A stretch of 61,513 bases of DNA, filler included, from Globobulimina sp. (taxonomy: Eukaryota), in the NCBI GenBank assembly GCA_003354225.1. It is 23 parts of 23 records of this genome, joined end to end, with 100 filler letters (N's around TTAATTAATTAA, not from the genome) between each part and the next. Parts side by side here need not be neighbours in the genome. Positions count along the whole stretch, not along the records: positions 21,447 to 24,026 come from PIVH01005884.1; positions 24,127 to 26,706 come from PIVH01005885.1; positions 26,807 to 29,385 come from PIVH01005886.1; positions 29,486 to 32,064 come from PIVH01005887.1; positions 32,165 to 34,743 come from PIVH01005888.1; 18 more parts are not named here. One strand, given 5' to 3'. Of the stretch, positions 21,449-32,818 are shown piece after piece; position 1 is the stretch's first letter; each line of letters starts with the position of its first letter. The notes under the pieces were generated by a model that did no database searches, was not told the origin of the DNA, and was given only the letters and a program-made list of their open reading frames with translations. The position numbers and the translations under genes are program-made.

Positions 21449-24002
21449 ATCATAAAACAAATAGAAAGCAGCAAAATTGATGAAAGAGAAAACGAAGAAT
21501 CGTTAGCATTGTTGTCAAACACTGCAAAATCGCCGCAACTTTTAGAAGTTATGTTAATTTGTTTCCTTTTTAACAATTGACAATGTAAACAATTAAATAT
21601 ATTTCAGTGGCAACACGAATGGGAACAATGTAATGACGAATTATCCGAATGGAGTGATGACGAAAATGCACAAATGAATGTTGACAGTGATGTTGGCAGC
21701 GATGACGATGTAATTACTGATATGAAAAGAGAAACGCCTGGAAATCAGTCAATTTTGCAAATTGAAGCACCGCAAAATGCATTGGAACAAATTAAGAATA
21801 TGGCAAATGACTCAACAAAAGAATGTAAATTATATATTGCTGAAGTGACCAAATTTGAATCATTGATATCTGCCTTGATGGGGGTTGATAGCATCTATTT
21901 TAAATGGAGAAAAGTTACGTACTTACAACAAATAATTCCGATTGTAAATAATGTGTAACACGTTTTAGGATCATTTTGTATGTTTAGGTTCAGGTAATTT
22001 AATGACAGAATTTTGTTCATTGTTGGAATATGGAAATTATTATAGAAATTGCAAAGATATTATTGATTATATTGCAAAGAATAGAAAACAAATCCCACTG
22101 TGTATTAGATCTTTTTTTGAAATAATTTCGGATTTTTTACAAATTTATCAAGAAAAATTACACTGTTTTATATCTTCAGAATATTGTAACACAGAATCAA
22201 TTTTAGAATTATCTCATTTTATGTCGGAATCATTTGTGATTTTGGAATGCATTTACAAAGACATTATATACCATTTTAACAAAAACATAATCGAGAATAC
22301 GTTACAAACACACGATTTAATATCACATTTATATGAATTGCTGCTAGATATGCTTTGCGATGAATACACAGCAAAAACATCCACCGTAATGTCTCTGTTT
22401 ATGGCTGCCATATCCCCTTATTTTGACATTTTAGATGAATGGATGTTTAGTGGCCGCTTAAATGACCCATTTAAAGAGTTTTTTATTCAAACCACGCATG
22501 AAAAAAATATATGGAATAAATATATTTTGTGTAAAGAGAGAATACCACGCTTACTATTTGAAGATGGAATATCTCAATCAATACTGATAAATGGTAAATC
22601 ATTGCAAATATTAACAAATATACAAAGGCAAAACAACAAACAGTCCTCAGCCGCAGCAAAACCATACGATTCATCATTTAAATATTTTACAGATATGTTG
22701 TCAAAATATTATCCAATACAACGTACAAATTGTACATCCCCCAAAATAAATAATAAACGACTCTTAATGTCAGATCCCATCAAAATGATGACTTGGATCC
22801 ATAAAACTGATGAAACATTTGTGCAGCCAACAAAATTCCAACCAATGTCGACAAAAAATAATAAGGAGATGGTTTATATTCCTTTTCAGCATATTATTAA
22901 AGGTAAATTATTGCCAACCATCGCAAGATATTGTTTCAGTGTAACTCAATTATTATTGGATAGTATTGATTTGTTGCCTCATTTGACTGAGTTGAGGTTG
23001 CTTTATTTCATCGAAGCTTCAGATGTTTTGCATACATTTTTGCCGTCGCTTGTGGATATTTTGGAGTCATCCGGCTTATATTATAAATTCAAGCAAATTA
23101 GAATTTGTGATGCGTTACAAACTGGAATACAAGACAGTGTTTATAGGAACAAGTTGCCTGCAAATAATATCAGTGTTGAATGGAATAATATTAATGTCAA
23201 TGTTGAAGATGACGAAAAAAAAGATGAAGTGACGCACTTTGGAGCTGTTATTAAGCAAATAAACAAATTAGATTTTAATTTACATATTGAATGGCCGTTA
23301 AATATTGTGATCAAACCATCTGTCATTAACTCTTATAATCGGATATTTAAGTTTTTATTACAGTTAAAAGCATCAAAATTTATGTTGGAAAGACTTGATA
23401 TTGAATTTAGAGGAAAATATAAAAGATCTGTGTTTGATGGGGATGAGGTCATTCATAAATATGTTGTATTCAGACATAAATTATATTTATTTATTAATAC
23501 TTTCAATAATTACTGCTGTTTACAAATTGACACAACAAAATGGAACGAGTTAATACATGACATACTGCATAATTGTATGGGTTTGGATGAAATCTGCGAA
23601 AAACATAATAAATTTATTCAAAAAATGTTACAAAGTTTGTTTTTGCCGACTCATGGAAGAGAACAAAATATCATTTCCTCGCATATTATAAAGTTGTTGT
23701 TGTGCAGCAATGATTTACAGAAAAGTTGGCGAAAAGAGATTGTGCAATATTTGGAATTTAAACAAGAAATCAGAAATGTTAAAAAAACGTCTTTATTTCA
23801 ACACGAAAAGAATAAATTCTGGAGATTAAAGGACAATGCATTAAAGAAAATATCTTTGATTGATATCCAATTTGACAGATTATACAAGTTCTGTTTGGTG
23901 ACAATTGACAAAATAAAGAATAAATCACTTAGCCACAGTGCAATTAATGTTGTGTTACACTTAGATTTTAATAATTTTTGTTCTCATTTATTTCAAATTT
24001 AA
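21449..24002 (+). CDS. TUBGCP5: Gamma-tubulin complex component (Spc97/Spc98 family), GCP5-like, 5'-truncated
   Basis: DELSEWSDD, LDEWMFSGRLNDPFKEFFI, HLTELRLLYFIE and IEWPLNIVI..YNRIFKFLLQLK. Phase-0 introns at 21548-21607 and 21914-21968. The family is secure; the paralogue is less so. Confidence 0.8.
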
Positions 24003-24211
24003 ATACAAGCTGTGATTTCATATTATNNNNNNNNNNNNNNNNNNNNNNNNNNNNNNNNNNNNNNNNNNNNTTAATTAATTAANNNNNNNNNNNNNNNNNN
24101 NNNNNNNNNNNNNNNNNNNNNNNNNNAGATAAAAATTGTTTTTTGTAAGATGACAATTTTCAAACAAAACAAAACGAAGTCTCTTTCAGTTGTCAATAGC
24201 AATGAACTCAT

Positions 24212-25627
24212 TTATTTTACAACCAATGCTTGTTTGATTGCCATTTCATGCTCCAAAAACTCGACAAACTTCAGACCAAACATTGAATGTAACCGTTTCC
24301 ATTCAAATTCCGTCAGTTTAACGCTTGAATTTTGAATATATGCTTGTGGCAAAACAGAAGGCATTGTGACAAATTCATCAGTCACTTGCTTAAACAATGA
24401 ATTATATGAATATTTAAAATAAAAACCACTCTCTGGATTTGATTGTAACTTTGTAATTAAATCAAATACATTGTCATCATTGACAATGATTAATATTCTC
24501 TTCGAATCCAATTCATTTACACTTCCATACAAACAATGCATCAAATACGCATTCATAATTTGTCCAAATAAATGTAAATGTGGAAAGAAATACGGTTGAA
24601 TCACATATCTCATTTCTGAGGTTAATTTGCTGTCTGCTCTCAATAACTTTGTTGATATTGTTTGAATTTTCTTTGGTAATATTTTATTTTCTAAAACTGG
24701 CGATATCTCAATAGCAGATAAAGAAAATAAATCACATAAAAACGAATAATTATACAATAATTCATGATATTCCTCACATAAATTAGCAGCAATCACATTT
24801 TTTCCCTCTTTATTTGCTATCGATAGCAATGAGTCCATAACAGAGGGAATCGAAGGTGTCACCGATCCAAACATAAAATTCATAATATTGTCCAAAAAAT
24901 ATGTGCGTTTTTTGTGAAATTGTCGGAAATTATGTGCATTGCATTGCAGGATAATCGAATCTGGATCAAAACAATTGATTACTTTTTGCATTCTATTCCT
25001 TGATTTGAGAGATCGATTATATTTAATGTCTCTATACAGCAACACCTGAAGGTTACGCTCATTATTTATAAAATATGGCATGTTCTTTTTATCCGATCCA
25101 TCTTTTAAATGTGATAATGTTTGCGGCACTTCACTCTGCTTCAAAATAAATGGTAATATTCTTTTTTTGGATTGTTTTGTTTTATTTATATTTTTTAATT
25201 GATTGTTAAAACTTATTGGAGTGAATACGTTGACTCCTAATTCAGTTCTGATTGGTTGTGGAATGTCCCATTGTTTTCGGTGCATTCTGCGATGAATTGT
25301 GCCAAATATGTTCGTTAAATTCTGATATGCGATTTGTGGGTATTGTTGATTGTAATTTTCCGAACCAACCACTAATGCGTGGATAGTTGAGGCGTCATTT
25401 ACAGATTTTTCATCGATTTCATATTGATCATCGATTAGATTTTGTTTTGGCTTGATTTCAGATTTCCAGTCAGTTAAAGTTGCCGTATGATTGAAAGTCT
25501 TATCGCAGAATTTCTTTTGACGCTCTATTCGTTTCCATAGTTTTGGTGGGATTTTCTTTTGTTTTATGTGGGATTGAATGCGAATAATTTTGATACTTGT
25601 TGTCTGGCGAGACAGCGAAGACGCCAT
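24212..25627 (-). CDS. Hypothetical protein
   Basis: Long intact ORF, first ATG at 25627 (MASSLSRQ), basic N-terminus. Confidence 0.7.
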   Translation of the reverse strand: MASSLSRQTTSIKIIRIQSHIKQKKIPPKLWKRIERQKKFCDKTFNHTATLTDWKSEIKPKQNLIDDQYEIDEKSVNDASTIHALVVGSENYNQQYPQIAYQNLTNIFGTIHRRMHRKQWDIPQPIRTELGVNVFTPISFNNQLKNINKTKQSKKRILPFILKQSEVPQTLSHLKDGSDKKNMPYFINNERNLQVLLYRDIKYNRSLKSRNRMQKVINCFDPDSIILQCNAHNFRQFHKKRTYFLDNIMNFMFGSVTPSIPSVMDSLLSIANKEGKNVIAANLCEEYHELLYNYSFLCDLFSLSAIEISPVLENKILPKKIQTISTKLLRADSKLTSEMRYVIQPYFFPHLHLFGQIMNAYLMHCLYGSVNELDSKRILIIVNDDNVFDLITKLQSNPESGFYFKYSYNSLFKQVTDEFVTMPSVLPQAYIQNSSVKLTEFEWKRLHSMFGLKFVEFLEHEMAIKQALVVK

Positions 25628-26585
25628 TTGAAGATAGACTAAAGTTTTCGGTGGAAATATTTCCAGGCTGTGGATCAAAACTAAACTTTTTTTTTGGTGG
25701 AAACACACCAAATTAATATGTGTAAAAATATCACAACTCGAAGCACAATAACAAATTAATTAATATTATCAATCGAATAGTTATACAACAAAACACATTG
25801 CGACAAAATTAAAAAAAAAACTTAAATATTATTAATAAAATATATCAAATTATATAAAAAACAAACATAATATACTGTAAAATAAGCATTGTTAAAGAGC
25901 GAGTAATAACGAAAATTTTAAGTTAGACGAGCGACAAAGCTCAAGCCCTCATTGAAATTCTGTGCACTCCGCAACAAAATATTACACTCAGATACACTGT
26001 AAATTAAAAGAGAATGAATGAATGATAGTTATTATAAAAAAATGTGTTGATGAACAAAATGTCCATGTCCCATTTTAATGGTAAAGCAAAGCACCAAATA
26101 GCATGGGCAGCTCATTTGAGCATAAATATATGATATCAATTTGCTAAATAAACAAATTGTATATATATATCAGTTATGTTTAATATGCTTTACTATCATC
26201 AGATGTTGGAGCGAAAGTGTCGTTAAACCAATGTACCAAAGACAGTTGTGTAGGTTTCTGTGTATTGAAATTATTTTGAATATATAATTTGCTGCATAAT
26301 CATTTCTTAACTAATATAATTTGATGATTTGGACCTTGATCTCGATGCCGTAATTGAAATCCAATAATTTCACTATTTCACCAAAAAAATGTACGCTGCG
26401 ACTCTATGCGGCAATTTATTAATATTTATATGGTTAAAATTATAAACCACAGTTGAGTTGTGAGGAAGGATTAGTTTTGAAGTTTTTGTTTTGAAAGTTT
26501 TTTGAGTGGTTATTAATATATTTTAGTTGAATGTCTAATCTAAATTGTGAATACAAAAAATAAAATAAAATTTAAGAGTAAACGC

Positions 26586-26672
26586 CGCGCAGAAGGTGGA
26601 ATCGAACCACTGTGTTGTTATACACCTACAGATTCGAAGTCTGGACACCAGACCAGTCAGGATCATCCGCGC
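26586..26672 (-). tRNA. tRNA-Sec-type tRNA gene with non-canonical anticodon UCG
   Basis: GCGCGGATG AT CCTGACTGGTCTGGTG TCCAGA CTTCGAA TCTGTA G GTGTATAACAACAC A GTGG TTCGATT CCAC CTTCTGCGC G. 87 nt, 9-bp acceptor stem, 4-bp T stem, long variable arm, G73, downstream T-runs. Anticodon TCG at 26637-26635. Confidence 0.9.
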
Positions 26673-26927
26673 ATATTCATTATTGCTATTTCTTTCTTTG
26701 GCTTAGNNNNNNNNNNNNNNNNNNNNNNNNNNNNNNNNNNNNNNNNNNNNTTAATTAATTAANNNNNNNNNNNNNNNNNNNNNNNNNNNNNNNNNNNNNN
26801 NNNNNNAAAAAAAGATTTAGTGATAAAACCCCTTTACAAAAAGCTCACTCAATCACCGCACTCGAAATCATGTCAGCTCATGTGAACGTTGACTAGTTCA
26901 GAGTCAGATAAATGCCAAAGATTTAAT

Positions 26928-27040
26928 GTCAAATGGAAACAGTATTTGTCGACTTGCGAATATGTGCAGTTTATTGTTTCAGTTGTACATACAACCTTGC
27001 TTTAGATTTATTGCATGGCTCTGAAAATTCTTGCCATATA
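26928..27040 (+). repeat. Dispersed repeat resembling a decayed fatty-acid elongase (ELO/GNS1-SUR4) fragment, copy 1
   Basis: Closely similar to the reverse complement of 39713-39824. Translates VKWKQYLSTCEYVQFIVSVVHTTLL*. Confidence 0.7.
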
Positions 27041-27308
27041 TATAATTATTATGCAATATAAATTATGAATTTAGGACCTAGGTAACACTTTAAACACTGC
27101 AAACATGTTTCTTCTTTTTATACAATCTCTTTGCAATTAATTCATTACATGCGTATTACTTCTTACTTCTTACTTCTTACCATACCCTCGTCATATTTAT
27201 TTGAGCACAAACTAGCTCTTCGAGAGTATACGTTACACACTGGCTAAATCCTTTTTTATCACTCAACAAGAGTGTGATCTAAATAAACACACATTAGAAG
27301 CAGAAGCA

Positions 27309-29385
27309 TTGATTAGTAACGCACCAATATATCCAGATATCGCGAAGGAAATAGTTACATATATTCCCTTCATTAACGACGCATCAATCAAACGATCTAT
27401 CGAATCATACGAATTTGTCCGTGCAGCATACGCATCCGACAGTTTACTTAAATCGCAGGAAGTTACCTTTATTAATCAATTCCGCGAAGATTATTTAGAA
27501 GAGGCACATATCGCATGTTCCCCTACAGAATCAGAATTAAAACTATATTGGGACAACGACATAGATTATTTCAATTATCACAAATTACACGAACCAACGT
27601 GCGAAGTTTGCAGACGAATTTTCGACGATTGCAACTGCCTTCAAACCAAATATTTACAATGGTGCCAACGAGAGGAAATTCATCTATACGGCGTATATCC
27701 GACGCTAACAAATTAAATAAACAACAAAACAAAAATCTCAATACGCAAAATCGCGATAATAATAAATTTATAAACAATGCACATTCTAAAAATAAAACAT
27801 ATCAAAAGAAAAATAAATATACGCAAATTCGCAATCCGACATCCAACAATAAACAACAAACACAATAAAAATTACAACAACAACAATAATAATCCTCGTA
27901 AACCGAGCAAACCCCCAATACATAATAATAATTCACATTATAATACCACGGGGCAAGAAAAGGAGGCATTTGTGGCAGTTACAGGGCAAAATGGTGGCAT
28001 TAAGGGCGAGAAAAATAAGAAAAAGAGGCGACGCGACGAGTTACAAGATTCCGATGGCGATAATGTTGACATTATTGACGGCGCAGCACACAAAATCAAC
28101 AATAATCGTAAGAAAGTAAAATTAAATCAAATCACGACACTGGCGATTCCTAATAAAGTACGATGCGATTCCTGTTCGAGGCTATACGGAGAGCCTTTTA
28201 TAAATAAAATTAGCATTGACAACCAAGTAAAAACAATATGTCAATTATGCATCGCACGGCAAAAACCAAGAACAGTTAATAACAATGAACAAACACCAAA
28301 AAGTGGACATGTTATGCAGACCAATGATGATATTAAACCACAACAAACATCCGCACAAACATTCGCACAAATAATATCAAATAATAATCACGACGAAGAG
28401 GACGAAGATTTAATATCATTCGCGCAGTATAAACATAAACACATTCATAAATATAATCATTTTACGGATTTTAGTGCGGTTCCGGAAAAATTCGAGAACA
28501 AACATGAGCGACAATTATGGCATGAATGCAGAAAGCTGTTTGGTGGCATGAACGAGACGCCAAACGTACAAGAATGGCTAACAGAATACCGCGAAAACAA
28601 TAATAATTGTATTCCATTATCGTTGCCGCCTATGATTGATCAAAAAGAAGACACTGTTGTCATTCTATGCGATCATTGTGACAAACAATCAAAAATCAAA
28701 GACATTAAATATAATATCGAACAAATTAAATATCTCAACAAATGGTATTGTAAAAAGTGCATTGCGGACGACATCAAATGTAAAATCAAATGGCGTTGTA
28801 ACAAACCTCAATGCAAAGGTTATAAGAAAGAGTGGATACGGTTTTCATCATTAAAGAAGCACATTATTGCGTTTGTTGATGATGATATACATCTAGGTAC
28901 AAAATTTTTTGACATCTTCAACATAAAAATCTGTAAAACGAACGGATGCAAACAAGAAATTGATGTCGATTCGAATGAATTTGTATGTGTTAAATGTAAA
29001 CACAACACAGTTAAGGACGCATTCTACCAAATAAATAATAACAACACTGATATTGCGATGCTTAACGACAATAACAACGACGAAGAGAAAGCAATACAAG
29101 TACTATCATTGGATCTTAATAATATCGACACATTCGCTACAATCTGGACGTCAAAAATTAGAACAATTGAATCCATTCCACCACGATTCGTTAAAAAGTA
29201 ATAAATGCATACGTTTATTTATTACGACAAGTCCGATTAAATAATTCAATACGTGCATGGCTCGACAAGTCATATTAGCAAAATCTGACAAAAAATGCAA
29301 TACATCGACGTTTGCTGAGAGAATTCAATTAGTTATGGCTGGTAATATCAGCCAAGTCTTTGATGAAATTAATCAAAAATATTTA
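27309..29385 (+). mobile_element. Decayed non-LTR retrotransposon 5' region (CRE-like), several frameshifts
   Basis: Cys clusters and a C2H2-like finger (CNKPQC..FSSLKKH..H), then IRTIESIPPRF / VINAYVYLL..RAWL / ERIQLVMAGNISQVF across shifted frames. This resembles the pre-RT region of CRE-clade elements; RT itself is not in the contig. Confidence 0.55.
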
Positions 29386-29486
29386 NNNNNNNNNNNNNNN
29401 NNNNNNNNNNNNNNNNNNNNNNNNNNNNNTTAATTAATTAANNNNNNNNNNNNNNNNNNNNNNNNNNNNNNNNNNNNNNNNNNNNT

Positions 29487-31409
29487 TTATTTATTTGGTT
29501 ATTGTCCGAAATGAATATTAAATATACGGATTACGGTATGCCAACCTCATGGAATTCAAAATTTTGGTGGGATACCACAGTAAAACAATTTAGTGTCGAT
29601 TTCTTGCGATCAGTGTATTTTGTTGCAAAGAGATCATTTTATAAATATTCAGAGTATAATGAGGCCTCTGACCAATTGCTGATAAACAAAGTTACACAAA
29701 AAGTAAATTGGAATTCATTCATTCAAGAAATAGTAAATATCACCAACAATAATTCATATATAATGGAATTATTCTATGGTACTGGTAATAAAACATTTGA
29801 TATTACAAATATTGCAAATTGGTTGAAAGCTGAGATCGAGATCGTAAATAATAAGGATGATGGCGTTTATTTAGATTTTGGTGATAAAACACCTCAAGCT
29901 GTGGTTGTGGGGCTAGGGTTTGTTGAAAATTTCAATGCATTGTCATGTGCACAAAAGTCGAAATATTTTCAACAAGAACAATCTTTATCATATTTTCTAG
30001 GAATTGCTGATCAAACAATAAAAGTATATGACAGTAAACACACAGATCCGATGTATGATTTTAGAAAATATGATTTATCATACAATGATTACTATCAATC
30101 AGTTATTGCACCAAAATATAACATATCAGCAACACTTAAAAATACATTCCATCGAAATTATTTATCTTTTAATCCAGCGCCAGGCGCTATGCCTTTAATC
30201 AAATGCAAAGAGGCACCATCACACAATTATGTAATATATCAAGCAAAGCATTTTGACGGATATATCTTTTTACCGCCGGGGCATGGTATAGAGGAGACCC
30301 CTTTTTACCTACGTGGTAATGGTATTGCGACCCCGCATCTTTGGACTCGAGCCGCTATTTACAACCGTGACAACGATATTTGTTATCCATGCGCAGAAAA
30401 TATGATAAAAAATATGAATCATATCGGTTGCTGCAAACCGTTACACGATTTTATTAATATTAGCAGTAGAATGTTGGCGGGTGGTTGGATTCCTGGGCGA
30501 AAGGCTCCAGATTGGAATTATCTCATCGAAGTTGCTAAGAAACAAATTTCAGATATTGAGGGGAGCAGAAAGTTGTTTAATTTGCATAAAAGAGCTTGGA
30601 ATGGAATGAGAGAGGTTTGGCAGCAATCAGTGAAAGGCGTAAATGATGAATTTCAAAAAGCAATGAAAAATGTGCAGCAATGCAGGCAGAATGTAGTTTC
30701 TAAGATTGTTGTTTTAGAGCATCAAATATTTAGCAATGAGTACATTGCATATAAATATGATGCGAAAAATTATGAATTTAAAATGATGAACCAATTGCAA
30801 TATAAAAAAGGTGTGGATGGAGCAACATATCAAATTGTACCGGTTCAGGGTGACACGAATTATACCGGTTCGCGATATATGGTAATTCTAAAAGGAACAC
30901 AAATATTATTACATGATTCATTGGCTGTCATTGATAATAAACATAAATTGAGACATTCAAAATATTTGTATGATTATCAAGCAATAAAAGAATATGTACA
31001 GATAATGGAAAAACAAAAGGCGGAAAAAATTAAAAATGAGTTGTCGATGAAAAATAAAATCAAACAAATTGAAACATTGCAAAAAAATGTGTCCCATACT
31101 TATCAACAAAACACATTACAGCAACAATCGTTGTTACAACAACAGTATTTAAAGGAATTAAAGCATAAACAGGAAATATTTAAACTTAAAGCACAATCTT
31201 TGTTACAACAACAATCTGTAAATGATCAACATCAAAAGCATCAAAAGCAACTAATACAATTTGGTGCAATTGTTTTGCTATCTTTATTATTAATCATAAT
31301 CATAATAATGGTTTTCATGATTTATGCTCGGTATCGAAAAAAGAAAGTAATCAAGATATTGTTTGCTGATCCATCTGATCCCAAACATGCTGAATGTAAT
31401 AACGTTTAA
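29487..31409 (+). CDS. Hypothetical single-pass membrane protein, 5'-truncated
   Basis: Open frame of about 640 codons; Q-rich coiled coil, then a TM helix with basic stop-transfer residues near the C-terminus. Confidence 0.75.
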   Translation, partial: LFIWLLSEMNIKYTDYGMPTSWNSKFWWDTTVKQFSVDFLRSVYFVAKRSFYKYSEYNEASDQLLINKVTQKVNWNSFIQEIVNITNNNSYIMELFYGTGNKTFDITNIANWLKAEIEIVNNKDDGVYLDFGDKTPQAVVVGLGFVENFNALSCAQKSKYFQQEQSLSYFLGIADQTIKVYDSKHTDPMYDFRKYDLSYNDYYQSVIAPKYNISATLKNTFHRNYLSFNPAPGAMPLIKCKEAPSHNYVIYQAKHFDGYIFLPPGHGIEETPFYLRGNGIATPHLWTRAAIYNRDNDICYPCAENMIKNMNHIGCCKPLHDFINISSRMLAGGWIPGRKAPDWNYLIEVAKKQISDIEGSRKLFNLHKRAWNGMREVWQQSVKGVNDEFQKAMKNVQQCRQNVVSKIVVLEHQIFSNEYIAYKYDAKNYEFKMMNQLQYKKGVDGATYQIVPVQGDTNYTGSRYMVILKGTQILLHDSLAVIDNKHKLRHSKYLYDYQAIKEYVQIMEKQKAEKIKNELSMKNKIKQIETLQKNVSHTYQQNTLQQQSLLQQQYLKELKHKQEIFKLKAQSLLQQQSVNDQHQKHQKQLIQFGAIVLLSLLLIIIIIMVFMIYARYRKKKVIKILFADPSDPKHAECNNV

Positions 31410-31777
31410 ATTGATTGTTTTGTAGTTTGTACAGTGCACTCATCATTGTTGATTTATTTAATACTTTATTTAATATTATTGATTTAATCAAAGTTTGTAT
31501 TATAAAACCATGAAAGTTTTATGTGGCGCAAAATAGGTGATTGACCATACAAAGTCTTCAATACCATTTGCTTTTGAATGTCTTGTGTCGGAATTTATTG
31601 ATGGTGCTTCCCTAATAATAATAGAGTTATATGCGTGATATACAAAACTTCATATTTCCCTGATCGAGTGTGCAATGTTTCTGTTGTATTTGTTTGTATC
31701 CAGTGAGGACAGTATTAATTATAATGAATAAATAGATATTTCGTATTGAAATATAAAAAATAAAAAATATTTCCCAC

Positions 31778-32064
31778 TCATTCAACACAAAGCATTTCTT
31801 CGTCATCACTCTCTTCCGGTAATAATGGCACTTGTTTTGATTTTGCTTTCTTTTTTGTGGCTTTTTTATTTTTCTTTGTATTAATATTTGTATTCTGTTG
31901 TTTTTTTGGTTTATCCTGTTCTTCCTTAGCATTCTTATTATTATTCTTATTGTTTTCACTTTGATTTTGATCTAATTCCATAGCTTCAAATTCGTTTATT
32001 TCTAAAACTGGTTTAGAAAAATGAACTTTTTTTTGAAACATTTGATCAATTTTATTTTTTTGCA
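31778..32064 (-). CDS. Low-complexity K/N/E-rich protein C-terminus
   Basis: Open frame from the contig edge ending EESDDEEMLCVE. Confidence 0.45.
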
Positions 32065-32166
32065 NNNNNNNNNNNNNNNNNNNNNNNNNNNNNNNNNNNN
32101 NNNNNNNNTTAATTAATTAANNNNNNNNNNNNNNNNNNNNNNNNNNNNNNNNNNNNNNNNNNNNGT

Positions 32167-32448
32167 ACGGATGGTTATGGAGGTCGTTCATATCAATTTT
32201 CATTATGTGGTTTATTGGACATTTTAAGTGAAACAAGAAAAACAAATAAAATCAAGTGTTCATTATATGGGATTTGGAAGGATAGAGAAGAAGAAGAAGG
32301 TGGAGATAGACGAAGTTGGTTATTTTATGTATATTCATCAATTTCAACATCATTAAATATTAAATATCCAAAAATAAAAATATCAATGCAACAAACAAGT
32401 GCTAATAATGGAGATAGGCGAGATTTATTACTTTTTGAATGTATGTGA
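32167..32448 (+). CDS. Hypothetical protein C-terminus (5'-truncated)
   Basis: Open from the contig edge: TDGYGGRSYQFSLCGLLDIL..SWLFYVYSS. Confidence 0.5.
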   Translation, partial: TDGYGGRSYQFSLCGLLDILSETRKTNKIKCSLYGIWKDREEEEGGDRRSWLFYVYSSISTSLNIKYPKIKISMQQTSANNGDRRDLLLFECM

Positions 32449-32499
32449 TTGTTTGTTTGTTTTTAATTTTTGTTGTTGTTTGTTTGTAAGTATTATTAT

Positions 32500-32722
32500 T
32501 GAAAGAAATGCATTAAAGTCAGAGGTTTGAGAGGTTGAGAGGTTCGGAATCGGAGGTTTATGAGTTGAGAAGTTGAGAGGTTCAGAAGTTGAATTATTAA
32601 TGAAACAAGAATCCAATTCTACGATACTTTTATCCACGGACTTCTCAACATCCCAACCTCTCAACGCATAAACTTCTGAACCTCTCAACTTCTCAACCTC
32701 TGATTTAAATGCATTCCTTCCA
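32500..32722. mobile_element. Foldback/MITE-like element
   Basis: Imperfect ~27-bp terminal inverted repeats (gaaagaaatgcattaaagtcagaggtt / aacctctgatttaaatgcattccttcc). Subterminal GAGARGTT octamers on the left are mirrored as AACYTCTC on the right. Confidence 0.75.
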
Positions 32723-32818
32723 TTATAAACCGATTGACTGAGAGAAATATAAAATGTACAACTGAAGCATGCTTTACAGTCATAATATAATATGCTTTAC
32801 AACTGAAGCATTCTGAAA

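Noticed and set aside
32520-32700. Short repeats as a possible CRISPR or telomeric array
   Set aside because: Octamers without unique spacers, arranged as an inverted pair; better explained as a MITE. No cas genes in the window.
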